A stretch of DNA of 63,927 nt, counting the filler, from Octopus bimaculoides (lineage: Eukaryota): the NCBI RefSeq assembly GCF_001194135.2. It is 7 parts of 7 records of this genome, joined end to end, with 100 filler letters (N's around TTAATTAATTAA, not from the genome) between each part and the next. Parts side by side here need not be neighbours in the genome. Positions count along the whole stretch, not along the records: positions 1 to 27,877 come from NC_069004.1; 6 more parts are not named here. One strand, given 5' to 3'. A program made the position numbers and the translations under genes. A model generated the notes under the pieces. That model was not told the DNA's origin, searched no databases, and saw nothing but the letters and a program-made list of their open reading frames with translations. The first letter of the stretch is position 1, and every line of letters begins with the position of its first letter. Positions 1 to 12,546 of this stretch are shown here, in pieces.

Positions 1-280
1 CCCCTCTATATATATATTTACTACTCTCCCTCTCACTCTATAAAAAGTATATCATTCATGCTGTGTGTGTGCATGTTACTGTCTCTGCTTTTGCACAATA
101 GTTGTAAATGAACATTACCATCATGCAAGCAGAGTCCTTTGTTTTCTTCTGGCCATGGGGAAATAATTGCCTTGCTTGGAAACAAGTGAGTGTTGGCAAC
201 GGGAAGTGCATCAGGCTGTAGAATACCCCCCCCCCCCGCAACAAATTCTATCCAACCCATGCAAGCATTGGTTGAAGACA

Positions 281-540
281 CATGGCTTAGTGATTAGGGT
301 GTTGGAGTTGTGATCATAGGATTGTGGTTTCGATTCCTGGGCGATGCATTGTATTCTTCTGCAAAACACTTCATTTCGTGTTAGTCCACTCCACTCAGCT
401 GATAAAAATGAGTAATCCTGCGATGGTCTGGAGTCCAAGGAGGAATATATATACTCCAGAGAAACTGAGAAACCAACCCTGTGCTCCTTACAGAGTAATG
501 TGAACCCACCACCAACCCATGCAAACATGGAAAAGATGAC
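281..540 (+). mobile_element. Degenerate tRNA-derived SINE (second family)
   Basis: Box A-like TGGCTTAGTGATT and box B-like GGTTTCGATTCC, followed by a body (caaaacacttcatttc...ccactcagctg...aaatgagt) typical of core-containing SINEs; family not assigned. Confidence 0.5.
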
Positions 541-574
541 AAAACAATGATGCTGATGATGTTGTTTTCCCTCC

Positions 575-1240
575 CACTCTTATTCATTTTCCTTCCTTAC
601 TTTTCTCCTCCTCCTCCTTCTCTATCTCTTCTTCCTTTTCATCATCTTTCACTAACTCTCTTCCAACTCACTATTTTTCTCCCTATTTCACTCTCTCCAC
701 TGCCCCCTCTTTCATCTTTTCTTCTCTTTCCTTTCCTCCTCTCACTCTGCACCTCCACCTCATCTTTTGTACCCTCTTTCTTCTCCTTAATTCATCTTAT
801 TTCACTTCACTTTCCACTTGCTTCTCTCTCCACCTACCCTCCTTTTCACCCCTTATTACCTCTGTTATTCTCCACCCACCCCTCGCCAATCTCATATTCT
901 CCTCCTCTTTCCCTTCACCTCTTTGCTTTCCCTTCATTTTCCCCTCCTCCCTTCCTCAACCTTCCTTATGACCACCTTCTTCTCCTCCTTCTCCCTCAGC
1001 TGCACCCCTAGCTTATCAGCTACCTCCTCCTCCCCCTGCTCCCTCTTTTCTCCCCCCCCCGTATCTCTTTTATTCAGCTATTTCTCTTTGCATCTCCTCC
1101 CTCCCTCCTTCACTCCCTTACTCTATCAGCTACCTTTTCCTTCCTCCCCCCCTTCTATCACCTTTATTCCACTACTTTTTATACTCCTCTCCTCCCTCCA
1201 ATCTCTACTTTATCATCTATCCCCACCTCTTCCTTAACCT
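575..1240. repeat. Polypyrimidine low-complexity tract
   Basis: Almost exclusively C/T on the + strand; the overlapping L/P/S/F-rich ORFs are compositional artefacts. Confidence 0.9.
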
Positions 1241-2240
1241 TATTTTCCAACAATACCCTCAATGTATTACACAATAAAGACAGGTTTATAAACTAACCCA
1301 CATATCAAAATATCAAAATTGCATCTACTCCTGACATGATATATATATATTTTTTTTTTTTTTTTTTTTTTTGCTTACCCATATTTTTTTTCTTTTAGTT
1401 AAAGTGTGTGTAGGTGCTTAATCTCTTTTACTACTCATTACTCTATTTACTGCAAGTCATCAAGGTAGCCTTTATGTGGACACTCAGTCTGCTAGTAATA
1501 GTAATAATATCTTCTTTAAATGACTCCCTGCTATCAAAAAGAAAATGGAAGGACACATTGCATAAGTCAAAGGGTCGATTCATTCCCCTAGCATTTCTGT
1601 TATGGGAAATTCAGGTTCTGACATTCTTTTATTCTTGTTTCAGTCATTAGACCCCTGCTATGCCTGGGCACAACCTTGAAGAATTTTAGTTAAATGAATT
1701 GATCCCTGTACTTTTTTTTTTTTTTTTAAGCCTGTTACTTATTTTATCAGTCAGTTTTGTTGAACTACTAAGTTATGGGGCATAAACACACCAGCACTAG
1801 TTGTGAAGTGGTGGTGGGAGACAAACATGCATGCACGTGTGCACACACAAACACACATAGACAATAGGCTTCTTTCAGTTTCTATCTACCAAATTTACTC
1901 GCAAGGCTTCGGTTAGTCTGACACTTGCCCAAGGTGCCACACAGTGGAACTGAACCTAGAATCATGTGGTTGGGAATCAAACTTCTTATTATCACGCAGC
2001 CACTCCTGCACCTATTAATCTTTTTTACTAATTTCCCCCATTCTTAGGCTCTATTTATGCATTTTGACTGGTCTAGTATAGAATTAAACGTTGGCATAAC
2101 ATCCATTGCTTGGTAATCCTGGTGGCACCTGTCTCCTTTTCAGGATATTGGTGCTGGTGCTAGAGTTAGTGACATCTGAAGAGCTTATCTGCCACTGACA
2201 AGTTTTATTTTTAATACTGTTGGGTGCCCATAGTCACTCT

Positions 2241-2353
2241 TTACTCTGTAGGGGCCAGTTTAGTTGCCAACATCTTCATCTCAAGTAGGGAATATTTCAT
2301 GGCTTCTCGTACAAGGTTCCTGTCAGCTTGTGAAGGAATTAATCCTGGCCTAA
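2241..2353 (-). CDS. Candidate terminal coding exon of an unrecognised gene
   Basis: Acceptor tgtttttgtcctaacCAG, then open frame (x)RPGLIPSQADRNLVREAMKYSLLEMKMLATKLAPTE* in non-repetitive sequence; phase-compatible with candidate exon 4533-4566. No homologue recognised. Confidence 0.4.
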
Positions 2354-2577
2354 CTGGTTAGGACAAAAACATTTTATGTCCAAATACTTAAGGAAGGGAA
2401 GGTCATGGCTGGAGTATCTTTGATCATAGGTCTTCTGGATCAGGACTGATCAGATGTTAAATAGCAAAAATCAAATACTGGCAGATTTTTTTCCCACAAA
2501 TTACACCCTACCATCATAAAAATAAGAGAACTCATTAGCTAATGTAGTCCTGAAAAATGAATAATGTAAAGAGCAGG

Positions 2578-2756
2578 AGTGGCTGTGTGGTAAGTAGCTT
2601 GCTTACCAACCACATGGTTCCGGGTTCAGTCCCACTGTGTGACACCTTGGGCAAGTGTCTTCTACTATAGCCTCGGGCCGACCAAAGCCTTGTGAGTGGA
2701 TTTGGTAGATGGAAACTGAAAGAAGCCCTTCGTATATATGTATATATATATGTATA

Positions 2757-2809
<53 letters not shown>

Positions 2810-3015
2810 GTGTTTGTGGGTCTATGTTTGTCCCCCCAACATTGCTTGACAACTGATGCTGGTGTGTTTACGTCCCCGTAACTTAGCGGTTCGGCAAAAA
2901 GAGACCAATAGAATAAGTACTAGGCTTACAAAGAATAAGTCCTGGGGTCGATTTTCTCGAATAAAAGGCGGTGCTCCAGCACAGCCGCAGTCAAATGACT
3001 GAAACAAGTAAAAGA
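2578..3015 (+). mobile_element. Full-length tRNA-derived SINE (dominant family) with internal (TA)n/(TG)n
   Basis: Head GTGGCTGTGTGG...GGTTCAGTCCC, internal microsatellite after gaagccc, tail ...ggtgctccagca...gcagtcaaatgactgaaacaagtaaaaga. Many further copies in the window. Confidence 0.9.
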
Positions 3016-3405
3016 GAGCATGATTGGAATACTTTCCTCATGGTTTTTCTACCTCAAGGCTGACCTTGGGTTAAGCAACAACTTTCAAGAAGTAGCAGCA
3101 AAATCTTACCCCTCTCTCTAGATAAAAAAAAGAAAGGAAGGATACAGCATCATTTTAACAACCACTTTTCTATGCTTGCAAAGGTTGAATGTAGTTTTTT
3201 GAGGCAGATTTTCTATGGACGGATGCCCTTCTTATCACAATTTCTCATCTGTTCCCAAGTAAAGTAATATTTCCTCATGGCCAGACATTGTTCTTGCAGA
3301 ATACTAATACAGGAAATGACTTGACATGGCTTGTTTATACAAGTGACAATCATTTTACAACAATCACACATAGAGATACAAACATAAACTCTCTCTCTCT
3401 CTTTC

Positions 3406-3436
<31 letters not shown>

Positions 3437-4532
3437 TTCTCTCTCACACACACACACGCATACATACATACATACATATTGCATATATGTGATGGGTTTC
3501 GTTCAGTTTCTGTCTACCAAATCCACTCACAAAATTTTGATCATTCTGGAGCTATAATAGAAGACACTTGCTCAAGGTAGTACACAGTGGGACTGGATCT
3601 GGAACCATATGGTTAGAAAGAAAACTTCTTATCACACAATCATGTCTGCATCAACACATTAAATAATATTTTACAAGAGACACTATAAACAATGAGTTGG
3701 TAGAGTCATTAAATCAACATTCCATGTTCTTTGAGTTTGGTTAATAAGAAAAGTGCCAGTCCAGTGTTGCAGTCAGTTTTTCTTCTCATGCTTTTACTCT
3801 TTCTCTATTTCTTCCTGGAAAAAAACCCAGCTTTCTTTAGATATGGAAGGTTGAACTCCATAATTCCTTCAAGATTTGAGGGCCAAATGAAGAAAATATA
3901 CTATGTGTGAAAAATAAAACATGATCTTTGCTCAGTCAGGAATGATGTATTACCAGGGGCTAAATAAAACCAATCCCAAAACATTTACTTCCCCAAATTA
4001 CACTATTTTCCAGTCTGACATGTTCAGTCTTCAAGCTTAGTCTAACAAAGTTATTATAAGATACTTTACAGCTGCTAGTTGTTCATTCTGCTCAATGGAG
4101 AATCAAATAATCTTAAAAACTTTCTGCTGTTTTTGGAAAACAATGATGGAATGATCAAATAGGAGCACTTCTTGAGGCAGTGAAATGTCTCTCAATTATA
4201 TTACATCCCACTTTCTTAAAAACAAGACAGTAAGATTGGATGATGTAGTTGTCCTAAATACACTACTTCTGATATAAAAAAAGAATAATCACAACTTTAC
4301 AAGTTTGCAAACTTTCTTGATCATGTCCTGTCTATGCAATATCTTTGACAAAATCCAAATCATAACATCATCTCAATGCCCAGTATGAGTTCATGGCCTT
4401 TTCAATTAATCTGTTTGAAAACATGTATGAACTCTGTTAAGACACAAAGAGGAAATTTTATTAATGATTTAATGTGAAAAGTACGCATATATGACTATCT
4501 AAAATCAAAAAGGTTTTAAAAAATGTACCTAC

Positions 4533-4566
4533 ATATAGATGAGCAAAGTGGCAGGATGTTCCACAT
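4533..4566 (-). CDS. Candidate 34-nt internal exon
   Basis: Acceptor caacttttcaagttCAG, donor GTAGGT; reads MWNILPLCSSI plus 1 nt (phase 0 to 1), joining in frame to 2241-2353. Confidence 0.35.
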
Positions 4567-5209
4567 CTGAACTTGAAAAGTTGGGCAGCATTTGGTGGAT
4601 TTGCCAGCTTTAGGAATTTAAAAACTAACAAAAATAAATCATTATAAAAACTAGAATTGTAGTCAAGAGTTCAATGTTTGTTTTCTATGGTAGTAAAACA
4701 TAACCACTGTGCAGAAATGATGTATTCTATCATGTGTCTGCTCAGAAATCTACAGGCAACATACAGAGACTTAATCACAAATGCAAGAAAATTCTGGAGA
4801 ACAAGACAGAAGGAACTAAACAAGAAGGTTAAGGTGACTGGACCAAGAATTGAGAATAAATGATGGAACGATATTCAAAAATGCACTGGAACATAAATCT
4901 GATGATGACAAATGAGCAATGGGTAGGTCTAAGTTGACATGACAAAAATGCATAAGAGAGGACAACAACAGGACAACAACAGGGTTGACATATAGGATGA
5001 GCAGGGGAGTGTTCATCCCAGGACATTAACAGATATATCTGATGACAACAAGTCTAGTATTACACAAAACCCAGAGTTATGTGACCTATTTTGTTTGTGT
5101 CATTTTATGGTTGAGTAATATTTTTTTCTTTTGTTTTGGCTATGAACCAGACCCTATCGCATATATGTGAATGTGTATATATGTACACACATGCATATAT
5201 ATGCATACA

Positions 5210-6659
5210 TCTATATATATAAAAATGAGAATGTGTGTCTGTCTGTCTGTCTGTCTGTGTGAATCCCTAAAACTCGAGAACTACGCAACCAATTTCATTC
5301 AAATTTTACAGATGCCTTACTTAGGGTTCCAGTTGTGTTTTAGTCAAAAAAATTTTTTAACTTCTTGCTGAGTTCGAGCCCACAGCAACATAATATCTCC
5401 TCCACTATTTAAGTATTACGTGTCAAAAGTGAAACAAAAACACTCATGTCAAATACTTTCACTTTAAAAATGAAACTATTCTACTAACTGGAACAATCAC
5501 ATTTCGATACTGTAATGTCAGATACTTTCAGAGAGAGAGAGAGAGAAAGAAAGNNNNNNNNNNNNNNNNNNNNNNNNNNNNNNNNNNNNNNNNNNNNNNN
5601 NNNNNNNNNNNNNNNNNNNNNNNNNNNNNNNNNNNNNNNNNNNNNNNNNNNNNNNNNNNNNNNNNNNNNNNNNNNNNNNNNNNNNNNNNNNNNNNNNNNN
5701 NNNNNNNNNNNNNNNNNNNNNNNNNNNNNNNNNNNNNNNNNNNNNNNNNNNNNNNNNNNNNNNNNNNNNNNNNNNNNNNNNNNNNNNNNNNNNNNNNNNN
5801 NNNNNNNNNNNNNNNNNNNNNNNNNNNNNNNNNNNNNNNNNNNNNNNNNNNNNNNNNNNNNNNNNNNNNNNNNNNNNNNNNNNNNNNNNNNNNNNNNNNN
5901 NNNNNNNNNNNNNNNNNNNNNNNNNNNNNNNNNNNNNNNNNNNNNNNNNNNNNNNNNNNNNNNNNNNNNNNNNNNNNNNNNNNNNNNNNNNNNNNNNNNN
6001 NNNNNNNNNNNNNNNNNNNNNNNNNNNNNNNNNNNNNNNNNNNNNNNNNNNNNNNNNNNNNNNNNNNNNNNNNNNNNNNNNNNNNNNNNNNNNNNNNNNN
6101 NNNNNNNNNNNNNNNNNNNNNNNNNNNNNNNNNNNNNNNNNNNNNNNNNNNNNNNNNNNNNNNNNNNNNNNNNNNNNNNNNNNNNNNNNNNNNNNNNNNN
6201 NNNNNNNNNNNNNNNNNNNNNNNNNNNNNNNNNNNNNNNNNNNNNNNNNNNNNNNNNNNNNNNNNNNNNNNNNNNNNNNNNNNNNNNNNNNNNNNNNNNN
6301 NNNNNNNNNNNNNNNNNNGTGATTTCTGCAATGTCAAGTAAATGAGACGCATCTTTGCCTCCACTGATTCACTTGCAAAGTGTTGAGTAAAATTATTTCG
6401 TTGCAGACCTCCTTTGGGTCTTTTTATTATCACTACGACACACATAGTCCCCAGTTGGTAACATTGATTTCAAGGCCCTCCTAGATGAGAGACTGGCATT
6501 CCACTTAATGTCTATGTTCCATGCTGGCATGGATTGGATAGTTATTAATGTAGAAATATGGTATCGTAGCTACTAACAGTTGAGGGTTGCATAGTCTAGA
6601 CAGCGTTTTTAGATTTCATTATTCTCTTTAACCCGGGCAAAGCCGGGTATTTCTGCTAG
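5210..6659 (+). mobile_element. Non-autonomous Helitron (contains an N gap)
   Basis: 5' A|TC start (TCTATATATATAAAAATGAGAATGTGTGTCTG), 3' hairpin ACCCGG-gcaaag-CCGGGT (6631-6648), then CTAG (6656-6659) followed by T. That both ends belong to one copy is inferred across the gap. Confidence 0.7.
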
Positions 6660-6726
6660 TATAGAATAATTTTTACTTATAAATCATTTTTTAATGTTTA
6701 ATGAGGATGACATGGTAGTGAATCAC

Positions 6727-6797
6727 CCATGCTTGGCGATGAGGATTCAGATGTCCAGTCAACCAAGTTATCAATTCTTGAAATAACATATAAGTGG
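6727..6797 (-). CDS. Candidate internal exon (acceptor uncertain: 6797 or 6776)
   Basis: Open frame ATYMLFQELITWLTGHLNPHRQAW ending at a weak GTGATT donor, phase 0, compatible with exon 4533-4566. Confidence 0.3.
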
Positions 6798-7469
6798 CTG
6801 AGTATTCCATCCTTAGTGTAATACTCCAACAGAATCAGCATAACACAATTGTATGACAAGGCTGTATCTGACAAGCTTCTATACAGTTTCTGTCTGTCCA
6901 GCTTCACTCACAATGGATGGGTCAATCCAAGGCTTTAGAAAATGTCATTCGTCTAAGATGCTATGCATTGTGATTGAACTCAGGGACTCGTGCATGTGAA
7001 GCAAACATCTTAATCCTTCAGCTCTCATACACTTTTGCAGTGCATTGATGACACTACAACAAAAGTCTTCCTGATTCAGCATAAATTCTCTGACTTCTCC
7101 CATTAGACAAAGCCATAATGTTCCTTTATTCTGTCTTTCTTGTAGTGTTTTCTTTACTAGCATACTGGGGTGGTTTGCCATTGCTTTTCCTAATTGGTTG
7201 GTCATTGGACCACAAGGAACTCATCCGCCCTTCAACAAGTCTTGTTTTTAGTTCTGCTGAGTGTCCAGACACCCTCTTCACAAGAGTAACAAGCTATTCA
7301 AGATGGGGCAGCCAGTTTAGTCACTGACCACACAACTATGAAACAGGCAGTACTGGTTTACATGGTTCCAATTGCAAGTTTCATCGGCTTCTCATGAGAC
7401 CCCTGATCAGCTATACTGCCCCCGCAAAATGTTTAATATTGTGTATTTCAATTTTCATTATCACCAATG

Positions 7470-7870
7470 TATTCTTTTATTTTTCAACTCTCACTTGTTT
7501 CAGTCATTAGACTTCGGCCATGCTGGAGCACCACCTTGAAGAGCTTTATGTCAAGCAAATTGACCCAAGTACTTTTTTTAATTCTGTTACTCATTCTATC
7601 AGTTTCTTTTGCTGAACTGCTAAGTTACAGGGACATAAACAAACCAACACCAGTTCCCAAGCGGTTGTGGAGGACAAACACTGACATGAACACACACACA
7701 CACATGCATACGTGACAGGTTTCTTTTAGTTTACACCTACCAAATCCACTCACAAGGCTTTGGTCGGCTCGAGGCTATAATAGAAGATACTTGCTCAAGG
7801 TTTCATGCAGTGAGACTGATCCTGGAACCATGTGGTTGGGAAGCAGGCTTCTTACCACACAGCCATGCAT
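7470..7870 (-). mobile_element. tRNA-derived SINE, dominant family
   Basis: Reverse complement of the head, core and tail seen at 2578-3015, with internal (CA)n. Confidence 0.8.
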
Positions 7871-7879
7871 GCACTTATC

Positions 7880-8180
7880 ATCCTCATCATCATCATTTAA
7901 TGTCCGCCTTCCATGCTAGCATGGATGGGATGGTACTACAAGAGCCAGCCAGGCCGAAGTCTGCACCGGACTTCTGTGACTGTTTTGGCAGGATTTTTAC
8001 AGCTGGATGCCCTTCCTAACACCAACCACTCAGCAGAGTGGACTTAGTGCTTTTTACGCAGCACAAGCACAGGTGAGATCAGTTTTAGCAAAATTTTTAC
8101 AGCTGGATGCCCTTCCGAACACCAACCACTTTATTGCAGTGTGGACTGGGTGCTTTTAAGTGGCACCTACACTGACAAGT
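7880..8180 (-). mobile_element. 3' end fragment of RTE LINE
   Basis: Matches the 3' UTR of the 24.7-27.2 kb element (tccatgctagcatgg, tacagctggatgcccttcctaacaccaaccactc) and has the (ATG)n tail. Confidence 0.8.
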
Positions 8181-9020
8181 ACTTGCAAGACAAAAAAAAG
8201 AAGATTTCAAGAGGGAAGAGGGCAATGGAGGGGTGATCTTGTGTCAGATGATAAAAGGTTATAGTGAGACAGAGACGGAGGAACAGGTGTCTTGCTGTAG
8301 AGGAAGTACAAGGTTACTCGGCTGGAAAGAGAGAGAGAGGGAGAAAGGGAGAGATCAAGAATGAAGACAGAAACAGGTGTGCTACCGTAAAGGAAATACA
8401 TGGTTACCCAACCTGAGGGAAGTGCAAGAGAAGGAGACAGCAGGATGGAGATGGTGGGCAAATGTCGGGCATACTCACAAGGGACGGGGATCAGAATATA
8501 AATGGGAAGGTTGAGTAAAGAAAGAGAGAGATATAGATAGTGTAAAGTGCCAGGGCATACCATTGAGGTTCAAAAACCATAATATAAGTGGCAGGATATA
8601 GTGAAGGAAATGTAGTTAAAGAGTGCAAGGGGGGGGCAGTGGGGAAAACATGGGTGTATATAGAGTTAGGGAGGGGGCTACTGGATAGCAGTGATACAGA
8701 GGAACAGGGCCGTGAGGACAGGATTGGGGAGTGAGAGCTAAGCATGTAGATTGGTTTGTTGGGGTAGGGTGAGTGAAAAATTTAGCTTAACATATATTAA
8801 TTTTTGTTATCTTCAATGTATTATATATTGTCGTAAAGGAGGCAGAATTGGTTACTCTACTGAAATTATTGACAATAATGCAAGTCTGCCATAACTTTCT
8901 TACATACATGTGCCTAGTTACAATACCCAGTTGTATTGAGATAACCAGCAGCCTGCTTCATTTACAGAATTTTCAGACTTAAAATACCCATTCTACATTA
9001 TATTTTCCTATTTATAATCA

Positions 9021-9061
<41 letters not shown>

Positions 9062-9446
9062 CATACATACAGCAATACCTCACTTTATGAGGACCCACTT
9101 TGTGAGACCCTAGGTTTATGAGTTTCATTTCTCCAGCACAAGATCCAAATTTTGAACGAAATGCAAAAGCTTCTGCTACCATAAAAAATGCTTCTGCGTG
9201 TTACTGAGAAGTTTATAGGGAGTGAAAAAAAGCTTCTTCTAAGCAAAAAATTCTAGAATTGTTTTTTAAAAAGAAATCTTCAAGTCCATCTATGAGTGCT
9301 TGTGAATCAGCAATCGTGTCTACAAGTGATGGTGTACACAAGTCTAGTGCGAGTGAAAGTGATTCAGAAAACGATTATAATAATAATATTTTTTATCATA
9401 AGTGATTTTGACATTATTTTACTTTACATAAAATATTCTAGCCTCA

Positions 9447-10113
9447 AAGGCAATGACTGGTGACCAAGATCTTTCACGATATGCTGTGCTTGAGAGGACC
9501 CATCAAGCCAAATAGACCTGTGCTGGTGGCATGTAAAGAATGACTTTTGAACATTGGGCCTCACGGAGGCAAAGTGGCTGAGTTCCTCTTAAGCACTGGG
9601 CTTGATGGAGGCAAAGTGGATGAGTTCTACTTGATCGTGGGACCTCGCGGAGGCAAAATGGCTGAGTTCCTATTGAGCATTGGGCCTGATGGAGGCAAAG
9701 TGGCTGAGTTCCTTTTGAATGTTGGGTCTCACAGAGGCAAGGTGGCTGAGTTCCTTTCGAATTTTGGGCCTCACGGAAGTAATGACCAAGACCTTTGGCA
9801 TTATGTCGTGCTTGAGAAGACCCATCAAGAAGCCTAGCAAAATCGCAGTCGTGACAGATACCTGTGCCAGGCAAATTGGCACCCGTGCCAGTGGCATGTA
9901 AATGCACACCACTGTCATGCAAATGGCACCCGTGCCGCTGGCATGTAAAAGCACCCATTACACTCACAGAGTGGTTGGTGTTAGGTGGGGCATTCAGTCG
10001 TAGAAAACCATGCCAAATCAAACTGGAGTTTGGTGTATCCTTCAAGTGTGCCAGCCCAGTCAAACCATCTAACCCATGCCAGCATGGACAATGGACGTTA
10101 AATGATGATGATG
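9447..10113 (+). mobile_element. RTE LINE 3' end with internal 42-bp minisatellite
   Basis: ORF C-terminus (LGLTEVMTK..., VLEKT) and 3' UTR homologous to 24.7-25.35 kb; ends ggacgttaaatgatgatgat. Confidence 0.85.
9554..9780 (+). repeat. 42-bp tandem repeat, 5 units plus partial sixth
   Basis: Unit starts at 9554, 9596, 9638, 9680, 9722, 9764; consensus about ttgggcctcacggaggcaaagtggctgagttcctnttgagca. Confidence 0.95.
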
Positions 10114-10358
10114 GTTCTACTGTTGTGTTCATTCTATTTATTTACTAGTATCATCAGTAATCCATTACAAAAGCATGTAATTTATAAAACCATAAAGTCA
10201 AGAAGTATGAGAGGTGAATAGAGGTTATGTACCTTCAGTGATTCCTATACTGTTAAGCACTTTATAGGTGCAAAATCAATGGTCACTCTATGACCAGCCA
10301 TAACTTTTAACTTCCTAAAAAACATATTGTGCTTCTTTTTCAGATATGTGAACTACTG

Positions 10359-10403
<45 letters not shown>

Positions 10404-10847
10404 NNNNNNNNNNNNNNNNNNNNNNNNNNNNNNNNNNNNNNNNNNNNNNNNNNNNNNNNNNNNNNNNNNNNNNNNNNNNNNNNNNNNNNNNNNNNNNNNN
10501 NNNNNNNNNNNNNNNNNNNNNNNNNNNNNNNNNNNNNNNNNNNNNNNNNNNNNNNNNNNNNNNNNNNNNNNNNNNNNNNNNNNNNNNNNNNNNNNNNNNN
10601 NNNNNNNNNNNNNNNNNNNNNNNNNNNNNNNNNNNNNNNNNNNNNNNNNNNNNNNNNNNNNNNNNNNNNNNNNNNNNNNNNNNNNNNNNNNNNNNNNNNN
10701 NNNNNNNNNNNNNNNNNNNNNNNNNNNNAATGGTGTCTTTTATGTGCCACCCGCACAAGAGCCAGTCCAGGGGCACTGGCAACGATCTCGCTCGAAAACC
10801 CTACAAGGCCAGTCAGGCGGTACTGGCAACGGTCACGCTCAGGATGG

Positions 10848-10887
<40 letters not shown>

Positions 10888-10889
10888 AT

Positions 10890-12250
10890 GTATATGTTTA
10901 TACAATCAACATGGTTTTTTCTGTTGTCAACTCCAGGAGAAATGCATCAAGCATCGCATAGCTCTTCACCAGGTATTTGTTGATTTAACAAAAGCCTTCG
11001 ACACTGTTAATAGGACCATTCTCTGGACCATTCTTGGTAAACTTGGATGTCTACCTCAATTTGTCAACTTGTTTAAGCAAATTAATAGTGATATGAAAGC
11101 TCATCTTAACTTCAGTGAGTCACTATCGGAACTAATTTCCTTCGATAATGGAGTTAAACAAGGTGATATTGCTGCTCCAATACTTTTTTCCATATATTTT
11201 ACTGTAACTATCTTGCATGCTTTCCAAGACTGTGATATCGGCATCCATATTCACTTCAGAACCACAGGTAAGGTCTTTGATGTTAAATGCTTTAATGCAA
11301 AGTCAAAGACACTCCAGGCCTTTGTTCGAGAGCTCCTTTATGCTGATGATATAGTTCTTGTTGCTCACACTGAGGAGGACATGCAGGCTATATTAGATCT
11401 CTTCTTTAGAGCTTGTATTGCTAAAGAAAACAAAGATCCTGTTCTCTCAGCCACCAAGCCAACCCTATGTGGAACCTAATATTTTCGTCCAGGGTACATG
11501 ATTAGATGTGGCTGACTCATTCATCTACTTTGGCAGCACTCTCTCTAGAGATGGATCTCTTGATTCTGAAATAAACCTGAGAATTGAAAAAGCCAGCAAA
11601 GCATTTGGAAGGCTTGAAAATTGTGTGTGGTCTGGTAGAGGTATCACCTTCAAAACCAAGCTTAGTATCTATGAATCTTGCATTTTACTGTCCTCCTGTA
11701 CTTTTCTGAGACTTGAATGACATATCAGCATCACATCAAGGCTTTAGAAAGATTCCATCAGACTTGTCTAAGGAGGATACTAGACATCAAATGGAAATGA
11801 TTAACACCAGACACTGTCGTTCTTCAGCAAGCTAACACGTCCAGTGTTGAAATGATCCTCAAACGCAATCAGATGCGTTGGGTTGGGCACCTTGCTATGA
11901 TGCATGACAGGTTGCCAAAGCAGTTGTTTTACAGGGAGTTAAAGCATAGCAAACGTCCAAAACAAACCTAAGAAACGTTTTAAGGATGCTGTCAAAAGGC
12001 TTTTAATGTGAAAGTTGAAGACTGGGAGCAGATGATGCAAGACTGATTGGTTTGGAAACCAATGATCTACAACAGATGTAAAGCATTTGAAGCTCGAACA
12101 ATTGAACAATCTATCTTGAAATGAGCATTTTGTAGACAGGACTTAACTACAATCCCAGACACTTTTCTGCTTAAAAATATTTGTAAGGCCTGCAGTAGAG
12201 TTTGTTTGTCAAGAACAGGATTTGCTAGTCATATAGGATCTCATGACAGT
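10890..12250 (+). mobile_element. Decayed RTE (BovB-like) LINE reverse transcriptase, 3' portion
   Basis: QLQEKC...FVDLTKAFDTVNR, GVKQGDIAAP, LLYADD, YFGSTLS...EINLRIEKASKAFGRL motifs, with stops and frameshifts downstream. Confidence 0.9.
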
Positions 12251-12546
12251 ATTTATTAATTGAAGAGATGGCCTTCTTCTGTAAAGAAGTGGAAATCATC
12301 ATATGTATATACAAGTAAGTGGACAAACAAAAGAAGAGCACTCAACCAGTTTATTCGGTGTTACGTTAATAGATCAAAGCAGTTTGATTCAAATTCGCTA
12401 GTACTCTTGAGCCATTTTGAATTCAAAATGGCTGTCAACTAGCATCACACTTAAAACTAAATAAATTTGAATCAAACTCTTTTGATCCATATATATGTAT
12501 ATATATATGTGTGTGTGTGTGGTGTGTATATATATTTATATATATA

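Noticed and set aside
9068-9445. Possible Tigger/pogo remnant
   Set aside because: Left end is suggestive but I found no matching right TIR or transposase motif.
9554-9780. CRISPR-like array
   Set aside because: Eukaryotic context; whole units are similar, with no unique spacers.
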